A stretch of 64,000 nt of DNA, from assembly GCA_951406725.2 (NCBI GenBank), contig OX597823.1:107446001-107510000 (forward strand). Direction: 5' to 3'. Positions 12,052 through 25,258 of this stretch are shown here, in pieces. Numbering within the stretch: position 1 is the stretch's first letter; the number at the start of each line of letters is the position of its first letter. Below the pieces are notes generated by a model that was not told the origin of the DNA, made no database searches, and saw only the letters and a program-made list of their open reading frames with translations. The DNA comes from Octopus vulgaris. Lineage: Eukaryota. The position numbers and the translations under genes are program-made.

Positions 12052-14243
12052 CACACTTTCGCACATACATATAGATACATATAGAAATATAAAGTATACG
12101 TAGAGAATATTCAATTTCAGGAAGATTGTTATATAATTTATTAGATTTTGAAAACATCTCACTCAGTACTCTAAGTTTCTTATATTTCAGCATTGGTACA
12201 TATAGAAGTACCCATGCACACATATACATATACGTGTGTCATGAAAATATTGAAATTCGGTTATTGTTTGAAACGACAGTTACACTGGAATGATTTCCCA
12301 TATTTTCTTCAGGCTCAAGCGTATGAGTCATTTAAAAATGTTAAATTACTGTCACGTTTTAGAGCGGCAAGCCAGCTTTCGTCTGTGGTACGTATTTACA
12401 GTAACGGAGACAAACTGATCGTTACCAGTGAAAAAGAAGTGGAAGAGAAAGTGTTCATTATCAATAGCGGATGAAAGGATAAGTCAGAAAATGGTTAGTA
12501 AAAACAAGGAGCGATTCATAAGATAGGGAAATTGTAAAAGAAAATCTTACGAACGCAGCTGACCACATGTAAAAATAAGCTTGATTAGAAACAAGAGGAA
12601 ACATAGGGCCGTGACACCATACACAGGCTTTAACAATATATGGTGCAGCTAAGGTGAATTATAAGTTATTTGTTTCTTTACTGGTAACAATTTTTGCAGC
12701 TTTCTAAAACACGTGGCTTCTACAACAGCAGTGAACACAACTCATCTAAGAACCTTGGACTTCCGATTGCAAACAACCAGTCCAGAGTCGAGGGGTCTCT
12801 CTTCGATTGTTGCCCTTCGATTGTTGCCCTTCGATTACTATTGCATAGAGCAGTAGCTTTCTTCAGTTGAATACATGTTGTTGATTGGTTAAAATTACCC
12901 AAATACGACAACTTTAACACGAAATAACTTCTAAAATACGGAATTTTGTCAAAAATTTTGGAAATAAATCGTGTTCAGCGTGAGAAATTATACCAGTATA
13001 CGAGGTTTCAAATTGTCTAGTTTTAGAAAATAATTTTAAAATCTGTGAGCCAAACTAAAGAGATCGCCTTTCTGATTCTAGCACTAGGGAAAAGTCATCA
13101 TATATTTTTTGGTAGGTGTGTGTGAATGGTAGGTTCAAGAAACCTCCTATCATGCCTTACGTTGCTTTTAGCAGAATTACCTTTATTCGAAGTGAATGCA
13201 CAAGTCATGAAATAACATTTCTTCGATGTGCATTCAAAAGAAGTCAAATAGTCGAACAGTGATTCTTATTGCTCGTTGCACGACAGCACTATTTATCAGG
13301 TCAGACAATATAGATAGAAAGGATTTTCAGTCGTCAAATAGAACAGTAGATTGGTCGTTTGAGTACCTTCCCAGATGGATGCATTATCAGCTGGCGCATA
13401 CCTTTTTCTCTGAGTTCGTGAATGGTGCCGCAATAAACAAATGAATTTGAGAGCTCCATCCCGAGAAAGATATCTTGCTGAATTACTCTAGAAGTAATCT
13501 ACTCTTTCTTCTCCACCACCAAAACTGTAAATAATCAATGGAATTAACATAAAAGTGAATCATGCTTATTCCACAGAACAAACATCTCTCATGTATACAA
13601 ATATACATTGCATGGACTGCAATCCAACCTGGGTCCTACCGAAACACTCTGAATAGCATGCAAGATACACATCCTGCTTCTCATTAATTTAAGTTTCAAG
13701 TTTTAATTTTTAATTCTTTAATTCGTATCTTTTATCCATTTAATTGTAGTTTTATCCTATATATATATATATATCCCCAAAGCTAGGCATCTATTTGTGG
13801 CTATTCCTAATGACCACTGAACTAAATATTTCCTCTCATTTACTTTCGCTCTCATTCATTCTTTCCCACACCTTTCTTTGCTCGCTTTTTCTCTCTTCTA
13901 TCTACTCACTCACAACTCATTTCTGTCTATCTTGATGTCAGTCTTTCTCACTCTATATACCTTCGTGAACCATTTGCATACTAGCTAACCACTTGATCCA
14001 TTACTTCAACATGAACGCATCATTCAAAATACTGCCAAAATACTGCCTGGATTTACCCAGGATTATACCTAAGGATCTCTACTTCCCCGGAAGTACAGAC
14101 CAACCTCAATAGCCTCTGGAAAAAGATGAGCTGTGAACTTTATTCTCTTGTCTGTATTTTTCTGCTTTTACTCTTTATTCTTTTACTTTATTCCTTATAA
14201 ACTGTGAATTTCCCTGTTTGGAACCTTCATACATACTCACCTT

Positions 14244-14319
14244 GTCTCTGCTGACGGTATACCCAGTGTACGGACATGTTAACCTATCACTAGAGATATC
14301 CCAGAAACAGCTGTAAGAC
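14244..14319 (+). ncRNA. Hammerhead ribozyme-like motif (CUGCUGA core)
   Basis: gtct-CTGCTGA-...atatccca-GAAA-cagctg-TA-agac. Stems I and III are intact; stem II is imperfect. Confidence 0.6.
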
Positions 14320-14563
14320 TTTAAATTCACCTTAGGTCAACACTAACAAGTCTTATCGGTTAGTACTATAGTATATTGCATTTCTTTTTATATAGATTCA
14401 TAGTTATAAATATAAAGATTATCAATATGTAAGTGCCTGAGGCTATAGTACAAGATATTCGCCGAAAGTGTTACGTAGTACAAATAAATCCTGAATTATG
14501 TGTTTAGGAAGCAAGCTTACCACACAGCCACGCCATATAAAACTATATATATCTATCTATCTA

Positions 14564-14613
<50 letters not shown>

Positions 14614-14754
14614 CATACATGCATGCATGCATACATACATACATACATACATACATACATGCATACATACATACATACATACATACATACATACATACAT
14701 ACATACATACATACATACATACATACATCATACATACATACATACATACATACA

Positions 14755-14850
14755 GTAAGCTTAAGAAGAATAAGTACTGGGTTCGATTTCTTCGACTAAT
14801 GCCCTTCAAGGCGGTACGTGGTCGCAGTTAAATGACTGAAACATGTACAC
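14755..14850 (+). mobile_element. SINE 3' tail fragment
   Basis: aagaataagtactggg...ttcaaggcggt...gcagttaaatgactgaaaca, matching the SINE at 9880-10222. Confidence 0.6.
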
Positions 14851-15014
14851 AACTGAGAGACCACAGTTGGCCTGAAAATAGTGGATATGAATCCTAAAGG
14901 GCAAAGTACTCAGTGTGTTGTCTCTGTGGATAGGACTAATAGCTTAGAAGATAGACAGGAGAATATAAAACTCACATCTAGAGTAGGTGAAGTGGACGAT
15001 AGTGATGGAAGTAC

Positions 15015-15370
15015 TAGAACTATTACTTGCCACTGTGCAAGGTACAGGGTCAGTCCGCTTGACTCTGATTGTAAACATACAGATATCGTATACAGATGTA
15101 AGATTTCCTCATAGAATAGAGAATATTTCTATATAAGAGCTACCTCATGTTATATTAAGCAGAGAATTGCCAGTCATGTAAGTTCGTTTAGAAACAGTGA
15201 CATAATTAATACTACCAGCCTTATTAAGCTAATCTGAGCACTTAAAGATAGTAACAAAGTATTTTGATTGCTTGGGAAATTATTAGCAAAGCAAAACTTT
15301 ATAGAATAGGTGATAATAGATATAACTTTTATGTGGAGGAAATGTACCAAATTTCCTTTTCTAAGTATAA
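15015..15370 (+). pseudogene. Penelope-like (Naiad-type) GIY-YIG endonuclease remnant
   Basis: CHC..RVSPLDSDCKHTDIVYRCKI, then FYI.ATS..IKQRIASHVSSFRN....TTSL.KLI*.LK...WEII, with stops. Confidence 0.7.
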
Positions 15371-15736
15371 TATTATATATAAAAGTGAAGGGAAGGCTAT
15401 CATTATATAATGAATAGTTACAATCATTAATAAAAACAGATTTTGCCTCGATGCCCTGGTGAATTTGACATTTTCGTTTTACCCTTCAGATTTTATTCCG
15501 CTAGAATCCTGATTGCAAGTGGAAACACCAAACTCGATGTAGCTACGGAATGACTTTTTTTTTTTTAATTATTGTATTTCTTATGGGAGCTATGCAATAC
15601 AAAGCTGATGTTAAAACTCAATATACATATACTTCAGAACAATGCGATAGTCAAGTACAGAGCAGTTACAAGAAGGAATGTAACGGACTTCATTAGCTCA
15701 TCACATAATTTCTTATTCCCTTGTCATTTTATTTAC

Positions 15737-15783
<47 letters not shown>

Positions 15784-15945
15784 CACACACACATACACAC
15801 ATACATACACACACATACACACGCACACACATTCACGCAAACACAACAGTACCAGAACTTTAAATCATGTCATCCAGCGCATACAAAACACACACACACA
15901 CATACATACATGCACATACTCGCGCGCACACACACATGTACACGC

Positions 15946-16003
<58 letters not shown>

Positions 16004-16832
16004 CAATACCAGAACTTCAAATCATGACATCCAGCACTTACAAAACGTAGCCAAAATATTTGTATTGTCATTAAAGATGTAGCTACCATCTTAAGATTTG
16101 CGGTTCACAGAACGCAAGGGATTTCTACTGAAACAAAAATATCCCACCGTACTTATAGAAAATTATATACTACATGCAAAATAGATATCTTAAGAACAAC
16201 TTTGGACAATTTAAGAAACACAAAATCTGAACATCCTACTTTTATAGTGACACAATGTCCATGACATCAAAATATTTGTATGGTCGCCAAATCAAACTAG
16301 TCTATTATCAAAGTAACAAACAAAAAGATTTCATCTCTGATCGAACACTTGTTCATTGTAAAGACAGCTAAAAATTTAAACCAATTAAAGCGCGACGGCT
16401 AGTATCACAATGCATACGAGTATATCGGCAGCAAAGGATCTCTCATGTCATTTAGTTCTCATTAGGCAATTATTTAAAAACATGTGGTAATAAAGTGTTT
16501 TAAATATTTCCACTTTACAAACTTCAAGACCCAAGTTAGAAGAGAAAAAAATTTTCTTGAGAAGTTCAAACCCATTCTGAATGGATTTCGTGGGCATCAA
16601 CTTGCAGGAGCTTGTCGGAAGTATTTAAGGGAACATTCCGTTATTTTAATTGGGAAACGTTTTAGATATATTGTCGACACCATTGCATAAATGTTTACCT
16701 GGACTGAAGATTCTTATAAATCATATAGGTATTTGTAATATTTTAAAAATGCAAAAGTCAGAATGTGAAAATCTGCTTAGGTAGTGTGTGTGTGTGTTTG
16801 TATGTGTGTTTGTGTGTGTGTGTTTGTTTGTT

Positions 16833-16906
<74 letters not shown>

Positions 16907-17299
16907 GTGTATTCTGCATTTCTGTGAGAAAAAGGAAAAAAGATATTCTTCTATTGTAGTAATTATAGACGACTATAATATTGCAATATATTCTACGAAA
17001 CTTTAATTGGGTTACCAGCATGCCGCTTAATACTTTCTAGAATATGACCGGAGAAATTTAGTTTCAGTAGAACAGGCTATAGACAATGATTTTTGTATGG
17101 TTTTCTTCGTAGCCTTTTTCGTATTCGTCGATGATATTGCAGGGATATAACGACCCCTGCTGAACTTTACTGTTTCCAGAAGCAAGTGCCAAGTTCCAAG
17201 TATTCTTACTAACTCTCTCCTCATGGATACGCCACGAACGGAAGATATGCCAATCCGTTCGCAGCACCTATGGATCTGCAGGATAGTCAAATCTTGAAT

Positions 17300-17414
17300 A
17301 AGGGTCCACGTGTCTGTGGAGTGCTCAGCCACTTACACGTTAATTTTACGAGCAGGCTGTTCCGTTTGGTTGGATCAACCGGAACCCTCATCGTCGTAAC
17401 TGACGGAGTGCTTC
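17300..17414 (+). mobile_element. SINE family 1, 3' fragment
   Basis: Reverse complement of 546-655 and 40223-40335. Confidence 0.85.
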
Positions 17415-18473
17415 CCAAGTATAATGCACAATTCTACCTTCGAGTCCTCTCTCTTGATTTTCTGTAGGGATTTACTCCCTTAACCATTTTTAAAAGCTCA
17501 ATAAATTGCCCCTGAAGGCAGCAGGGTTTATATTACAGTGGGCATGATTGGTGTAGAAGCTAGTTCCACTCTCTCACAGTTCAGACTTATATTGGTCTGC
17601 TGTAACAAGAGCTTTGACCCTGGTAGTTGTCAGGATGTAAGATTTTGTATGGAGTTGCCTTCTCTTAGCTGAATAGCTAAAGATCTGTAGAACTTCCCCT
17701 ACTCTGGGTCCATTAGGGTACCTGTGACCTACCGGTGAGAGTTTCGTGACATGGTAAGTAACCCATAGCTAGGACCTAAGAGGTACTACTACTACTACGG
17801 GCCAGAGTAAACCAGGCATAATAGTGACTAAGTGGTGTTTCTAGACTCCTCAAAACTTGAACTCTCAAACCAGGGCCCCGCTTCCAGCTGTAGTTTAAAG
17901 TCATACCCAGACTATAGAAGATACTTATGTGGTGGAACTGAATAGTGAAACAAGTTCACTGACGCACCGGCCCAGGCGCTTTCTACTTTTCTCCAATACT
18001 TGTATATTTGCGATGGAGTTAAAACTAACAAAACAGCAACTAAGCACAATTCATTCAACCAACATTAACTTACCGTCATGATCATCGTCATCATTATAAC
18101 CATTCTCTCAATAACAACAACCGAAACAACAACCCTACAAAAAGTCTACAAAACCCAATACAAGTTATAGTAATTCACAATAGCATGGAGAAAAGGGAAT
18201 TCACAAACAAAACAAACCAAGATTAGTTTTCCCGCCTCACCCCATTTCATAAACTGGGGAAATAAAGAAAAGTGGGTCAGGATTCATTAAACTGTGGGAA
18301 GGGGATCAGCTTTTAAATCTGGGAAAGAGTTTTATGACAAAACGTCACTGCTTAAAATTTACACACGTGAGAATCCAGTAAAAATAATATCTATCTATCT
18401 ATCTGTCGGTCTGTCTGTCTGTCTGTCTGCCTGCCTGCCTGCCTGCCTGTCTATCTATCGATCTATCTGTTTG

Positions 18474-18542
<69 letters not shown>

Positions 18543-18691
18543 AAACACACGTACATAGATGAGCTCATTAACGTACACATACACAGACGTGTATGTATGG
18601 GTGTATATGGGTGTTTGAATATAAGCAGCACGTGTAAATATTAAGACGTACGCAAATACTCTTAAATATACATAAATTATACTTACATATA

Positions 18692-19639
18692 CACTGAATC
18701 GCAAAAGAAACGCGAGAGGTGTGTGACTGTGAAATATGTTTTAATTTCATTGTCAGAGATAAGTTTTGATAAATCTGATAAAGTCAATTTCTTGGCTATA
18801 CTTTGACCACAGTCTATGGGTCGTTGTCATATGTGCTGGTAGTGGGCGGATCCAGTACATCGAGATTGTAGACGTGAAATGTTCAATACCGTGTTTGCCC
18901 TCCCTGGGTGTTCAAAACGGCCATACACCGTCGGTACATGAAGTGCATGAGGCGGTTCACAAAAGCCATTGGCACCTGTGCCCACACCCTGAAGAAAGCT
19001 GCTTCCGGTTTCACACGAGTTGTCGACCTTGGGCCCACCTAGTTCAGCCGTCTCTAGATTCATCCCACAGGTGTTCAAATGAGTTCAAATCCGGGCTGAG
19101 AGCCGACCACAGCATGGTTCTCATGTTGTACTGACGTAGGGAGTCCATGATGACCCTGGCCATGTGGGAGAGACCATTGTCCTGCTGGACAACGTGGCTA
19201 TGGTGACGCGCGAGGAAGGACACGATGTGAGGTCTTACGATCTGGTCAACGTAGCACTGCGCTGTGATGCCATTTCCTCTGCCTGCACCAACATTTTGCA
19301 ACACATGGGGCCCAATTCTCTGATTCAGGGCTATAGCACCCCATACGACGATGCTCTGGCCACCCCACGCGTCTCTCTCCATGACACACGCGTCTTTGTA
19401 GCGTTCACCGCACCTACGTCACACCCTCACTCTGCCATCCGAGGTTGAAACGCAGTACCGGGTCTCGTCAGAGAAGACTATCGACCTCCATTGTTGATGC
19501 CACAATGTTGGTACTGTGTAGCCCACTGTAGTCTTGCCTGACGGTGGCGGGCGATGAGGACAGGCCCTCGAGCAGGATGACGGCCACGCAGGCTGTTGGC
19601 GGTCAGCCGACGTCGTACCGTATCGTCGCTGATACGCTG

Positions 19640-19640
<1 letters not shown>
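18692..19640 (-). mobile_element. Tc1/mariner DNA transposon remnant (DD34E transposase pseudogene)
   Basis: TVRRRL..., [51 protein letters not shown]. Likely terminus TA|cactgaatcgcaaaagaaacg. The other end is lost in the (TA)n tract at 19640. Confidence 0.9.
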
Positions 19641-19953
<313 letters not shown>

Positions 19954-20184
19954 ATAATAATTATATAATGATGGTGATTATTATTATTATTTCCTTTATC
20001 TGCCACCAGGACGAAGGATGAGGGGGACAATACAAAACACGCATAAAATGTTGGGGTTACATACAATTCAATGATAAAAAAAATAAATGATTAAAAAGAG
20101 AGAAACAGTAAGGAAGAGAAATATGCATAGCATACAAGGGTTAACGAAAGACAGGCGAGGATGATGGAGATAATAAAGAAACTT

Positions 20185-20345
20185 CACCCGATGTCTGGAT
20201 GGGACTTTGCACCATCCGCAAATTTGGTCTGTGGCAGTCAGCAAACTGTCCCACAGGAATTCCCAGTTGCCCTTTATGTTACAAGTATGTAGTTCTTCCT
20301 CCCACTCTACAAATTTGTCAATTAGGATGTCCCAAAATCTCTCAC
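20185..20345 (-). mobile_element. RTE-type LINE fragment
   Basis: WEFLWDSLLTATDQICGWCK resembles the EN-RT linker of RTE/CR1-like LINEs. Confidence 0.45.
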
Positions 20346-20875
20346 CAGAGAGAGAGAGAGAGAGAGTGGGACTGAGAGAGTTGAAAAACTTGATCGATGA
20401 GGAAATCATGGCAAAGTATGGAAGCACATTGGTTATGAAACAGAAAAAGAATATTGTAAAAATTAAAACAAAATGTATCGAAAATTACGAATTTTGAAAG
20501 TTAGCTTAAATCAGATTACAGGTTAGTATTATGAATTAGATGAATAATGTCCGATTAAGATAAAAGAAATATTCTTGGGTTAGCTGGTCATTATGCATGG
20601 AATAATAATAACAGCAGCGGTGCAAGCAATGTGGAAATATATGTATCTATATATAGTAATGGGACAATCCTGGACATCCTCACGTGACTGAAGTAGGACT
20701 AACCGATTACAATAAATAAGAACTGAGTGAACTGTTAAGGGGGTTATTGACGGTGTTAGTTCGACGGAGGAGTCCATGTTGTGTGTTTGGTCATTTTGAC
20801 CTGTGTAGGGCGCTTTGTTGATCGTTTGTTGAAAGTCTCCGTACCTGTTCTTAATTATTGAACAGTTGAACTGTT

Positions 20876-21200
20876 GTAAAGATCGTTTGCCAACCTAACA
20901 TGACAGTCCTGGTTTAGGACTAATGTTGCTGTAATTTAGCCCCAGGAGACAGCGTTTCCAGCTGGATATACGACACGATCTGTGTCTTTATATTTTCGAA
21001 CAAGGGAATCTAGCATCTCCACTCAGCTCAAAACAGATATTGTTTTGAGCTGAGTGGCGATGCTAGATTCCCTTGTTCGAAAATATAAGAACACAGATCG
21101 TGTCGTATAGCCAGCTGGAGACGATGTCCCCTGGTGCTAAATTACAGCAACATTAGTCCTAAACCGGGACTGCCATGTTATGTTGGCAAACGATCTTTAC
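20876..21200. repeat. Near-perfect ~160-bp-arm inverted repeat (foldback)
   Basis: gtaaagatcgtttgccaac...ctcagctcaaaaca / tgttttgagctgag...gttggcaaacgatctttac, with a loop of only a few nt near 21036. Confidence 0.92.
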
Positions 21201-21464
21201 TACAAAGCACTGTTGCTGAATATCTCACGTTGTGAGATTTAAAAATGGTAATTTTCTAGTTGAATTGTTGAATTGTCGAATTGTTGTTTTTGCCTAGTTG
21301 TTTTCTTCCCCAATTTATGGGTAAAGCGATGGAGAGCCAACCAGTTCCAGCTGGTAGTTGTGCTGCAGCAACTGGAAGAGGATTGATACTGATATATTAC
21401 GGGTGAGAGAGGTAAAGGTGGACGAGAGAACGTTAAAGAGGTTTAACGAACTTATAGTGGGGGA

Positions 21465-21695
21465 ACCATATACAACTGGATAATTTGGTAGTTTTTCGTT
21501 TATTCCAGTGTCTGAAGCTTAAGCTGTAATTGTTGAATCTTGCTTTGAAATTTCCCTCTATGAGACCCACATATCTCTTCGATGAAACTGTATTATTAGC
21601 ATTCGTAGAATTTACAGTGGCTTCATAAATAATGGTCTCAGTCATATAGGCTCTATTTAGCGGGCACAAGTCTTTATCCCTGCAGGAACAAAATG
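21465..21695 (-). pseudogene. Penelope-like (Naiad-type) GIY-YIG endonuclease remnant
   Basis: CSCRDKDLCPLN...IIYEATV...RYVGLIEGNFKARFNNYSLSFRH...TTKLSSCIW. Confidence 0.8.
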
Positions 21696-23029
21696 CAACA
21701 CGAAGCTGGCTATTCTTAGCATAAGTAACACATTCTAGGTTGCTGGGTTAGTAGGGAAGTAGAGCAGTGGCCAAAGCGCCATACAGTTATATTTTTTTTG
21801 TTTTTGTTCTTGGTTCCAATTCTTCTAGAATGCAATTTCTCTTTTATCATTCCAAGAACTATATAATAAGTGCCAGTAATGTAATAAGATCGATTCACTG
21901 AACTTCAATCCACCATGTAAGTTTGTAACCGTGTGCTCATGAAAGAAAAAGTATTATCTTAAAAATTCTATATTTTATAATATCACTTTTTTTATGTATT
22001 TGTAATTACCTTTTACTGGGATTAATTACTAATTGAGATGTCATTAAGCAGCATATTAATCGGAATTATTTTCATGAGGTTTGCAGCTTTCAAACTGGTA
22101 AGTCATGTTATCGGTAATGCTTTTAAAAATATCTTTATTGTTTATTTTCATTGTGAATTCAATGATTTCAGAAGTCATTATATTCCGTTGCGTTTTCTTA
22201 TTGAATGAATACATTACGTATTTTGTTCGTTGTTGTTGCAGTTTTATATCATATTACAGTAAAAATCTATTTACATGATATTTCTCTACAGCTTTGATGA
22301 ACTAAATATTTCGTTAAGTGCTTAATTACGATAATTTCAATTTAAAACGTCTCATTAGTGTATGATAACATAAAAGACTTTATAAGCAGGGTTTCTTCCC
22401 TTTCATACAAGGCCTATCATATCTCTCAAGACATTCACTGTAACAGATTTAACTGTGTTCAGATGTTTCAGATGCACAAAAGTGATGATTTTGTGGTAAA
22501 TGATTTGAACATTTCCCAGCTAGAAAGCTATTCATGCTGAGTACATAACTGAAGCTTACCAGTGAATATTTTTCCAATAATTGTTTCATCTTTAGGAATT
22601 CTGCACCATTTTAGTGAATGCAAAACAGAAATGACATAAATGCCGTAAATTATACAGATATTCATGACATTGTGCAAAGAATATCTCTTCTTAAAATTAC
22701 ACATGTAAAACAATTTATAAAGGTTTATCTAACTGATGATCACATGGTAGGGAAATTTATATAGAAATATTTCTTAATAACAGTGTAACCAAATATCATT
22801 GATAGGTATTTTAATGATTTATCTGTGGGTTTCATCATGGATAATAATGTTGATATGTAATGCTTGCCTTATGCGGAACTTTAAACATTGGTTGAATAGA
22901 CACAGCAATATTGGGCCAGTTATTTCTAAGCTACACAAATGCTATTGGGAAATTAGTGCTACCATTTATGGAATGTATGTGCGTGTGCATATGTATATAC
23001 ATCATCATCCTCACAACCACCATCATCAT

Positions 23030-23400
23030 CATTATCATCATTGTTTAACGACCATCTTCCGTGCATGCATGCATGCATGGATAGGGTGGTTGACAGGAGA
23101 CAGCCAGGTAGAAGACTATCCCAGGCTACTGTGTCTGTTTTGGCAGGTTTTTTACAGCTGCATGCTTTTCCTAACACCAACCACACTGCAGAGTGGACTC
23201 CGTGCTTTTTACGTAACACTAGCACAAACAAGGTTAGTTTTGGCATGGTTTTTACAGCCGAATGCCCTTCTAAACGCCAGTGTGGACTGGATGCTTTTTC
23301 GTTGCTCCAATACTGGCAGGGTTACTAAGTAACTCGCAAGACAAGGAACTTTAAGAGGAGAAGGGGCATTTGAGGAGGGAATTTGCTTCAGAGGATGAAA
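23030..23400 (-). mobile_element. RTE-associated 3' end / SINE with (ATG)n tail
   Basis: (CAT)n followed by tttaacgaccatcttcc..gcatg, similar to the reverse complement of 63318-63368. Confidence 0.5.
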
Positions 23401-23658
23401 GGCTAGAGTGTGACCGAGAGGCAGAGAGGCAAAAAAAAGGTGTTTTGCTATAACGGAGGGGGCGCTGGAGGAGGTGATCCAGTTTCAAATGATGAAAGGT
23501 TAGAGCGTGATAGAGGAAGGAGAGGAAGAAACAAGTACTTTGCTATAGAGGAAGTATATAGTTACCCAGCGAGAGAAAGAGAGAGGGGGAGCGAGTGAGA
23601 GGAAGAGATAGGAAGAGAGAGAGAGTGAGAGGTACAAGAAAGAGGACGAAAACAGTAT

Positions 23659-23728
<70 letters not shown>

Positions 23729-24829
23729 TTGCAGAAAGACTGCCTTCCGGTCTTTTACATCTAAATCATTTCTTTGTATAATAGTGCTCACTTGCTTAGT
23801 AAATATAGCTTTCACTATTCCATCACAGTCATAATCTCTCTTTTTTAAACAAACATCACGGTAGTCCAACAACAGAGGGAAGAGAAATTTATCAAGGCAA
23901 CATAGAGATTTCAATTGAGCAGCTCATCTGTAAGCTTTGCAGTGTGTGTGTGTGAGAGAGAGACAGTAGGGGAAATAACAATGCAAACAACGAATGAAAT
24001 AAACATGAAATGAAAAAATCGTATAAATAAAAGGGCATTACTACAGATGTATACGACCCCGAATTTGTTGCCACATAACATCTAGAAAAATGGATAGTTT
24101 TTAACAAAGTTTTCTACAAATACCACTTAGATGTGGCTTCAGAGCATATAGGGATTATAGGAAAGAATTTTTCTGAGAGGGCATAGAGAAGAGTTTTAGA
24201 AAATTCACACGATCTGACTTTTTTCATTCATAACTTTCTGGAAGAATCTTTTCACTCATAAATTTTTGGAAAATGAAAATTTATATAAATCCCTTTCAAA
24301 CGTCATAGATTACGATTATAAAGAAATTTGTGGGGAAAATGCATTCAGGGATTTTCCCCATTTTTTTTTAAATCGCAGTCTTCGAAATGGTGAGGCGACA
24401 TCTTTGTATGAAAAAATTTTAACAAACTCTTTTTTTACACCACCTCCCTCATCGTCTCACGCCAGACCTATTTTGACCACTTGTTTTTGCACTTCAAAAC
24501 CATGGTTATAGCATTTTCGGCGAAAACTAAAAATTAAAATTTTGATATTTTCAGAGGGAAAAGTGAATGGTTTAAGGGCGATTTGGCTGTTGTTTCTTGC
24601 ACATCCAAAGACAACCCTCCTCGTTTCTTTATCACTATCACATGTATTGATGTTTTTCAATATTTTCCCCCATAAATACATTTATATAGTATAAAAAAAA
24701 ATTTGAAAAATTATGAATTCTTAGCAACCTTACCGCCTGCCCCCGATTGTTTCTGTGTCTGAAATTAAAGTACGGGAGACCCTAAGAAGATGATCATTGC
24801 TAGCATTTATCCACGGTGATTAAAAAAAT

Positions 24830-25258
24830 TACGGAGTGACTTGAGCTGAGATTGTATGCTGAAACAAAAACAATTGCAGCGTAGAAGATGTTTGGAAGCC
24901 ATTCAAGAACAGACGAAAACCGTTAGTTTCATGGCACTACTTAAATACAGAGGTACCAATGCATCTATGCAACGATATGAAAGGTAGGGTTAGACTTAGG
25001 GTTAGTTTTTAGGGTTAAGGTTAGGGTTAGGACTAGGATGTCATTACACGTCCGCACAGCGTACATTTAAAATGTTTTGTACGTAAAACTTGTATTTAAG
25101 CAGTACCGTTAAGGAACCTCTGTATTTAAGTAATACCATTTCGCTTCAACATAAAAATTTCATTTGTGTCAAATTATTTTCGTCGCTTTGAAACCGCGAC
25201 CTGTTCACTGACAAAACTTCACAAAAGTGATGATGCACGAAGTTTTGTCAGTGAACAG
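24830..25258 (-). mobile_element. Second copy of the G3:C8-hammerhead element (ribozyme 25167-25213, minus), interrupted by an insertion
   Basis: Homologous to 11775-12015. Minus strand reads tgtca-GTGAACA-g-gtcgc...gcgac-GAAA-ataa-TT-tgaca. A short inverted arm at 25239-25258 again has gtgaacag. Confidence 0.75.
24931..25139. mobile_element. Small TIR element containing TTAGGG-like repeats
   Basis: Ends atggcactacttaaatacagaggt / acctctgtatttaagtaataccat. Internal (tt)aggg repeats at about 24985-25036. ttc lies on both sides. Confidence 0.7.

Noticed and set aside
15230-15240. In-frame TGA in a Naiad-like EN (selenocysteine recoding?)
   Set aside because: It falls at a conserved Trp position (TGG>TGA decay) in a remnant with other stops. 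No SECIS was identified.
17027-17300. 101-aa non-repetitive ORF on the minus strand
   Set aside because: Its start lies in a SINE fragment and no domain is recognisable.
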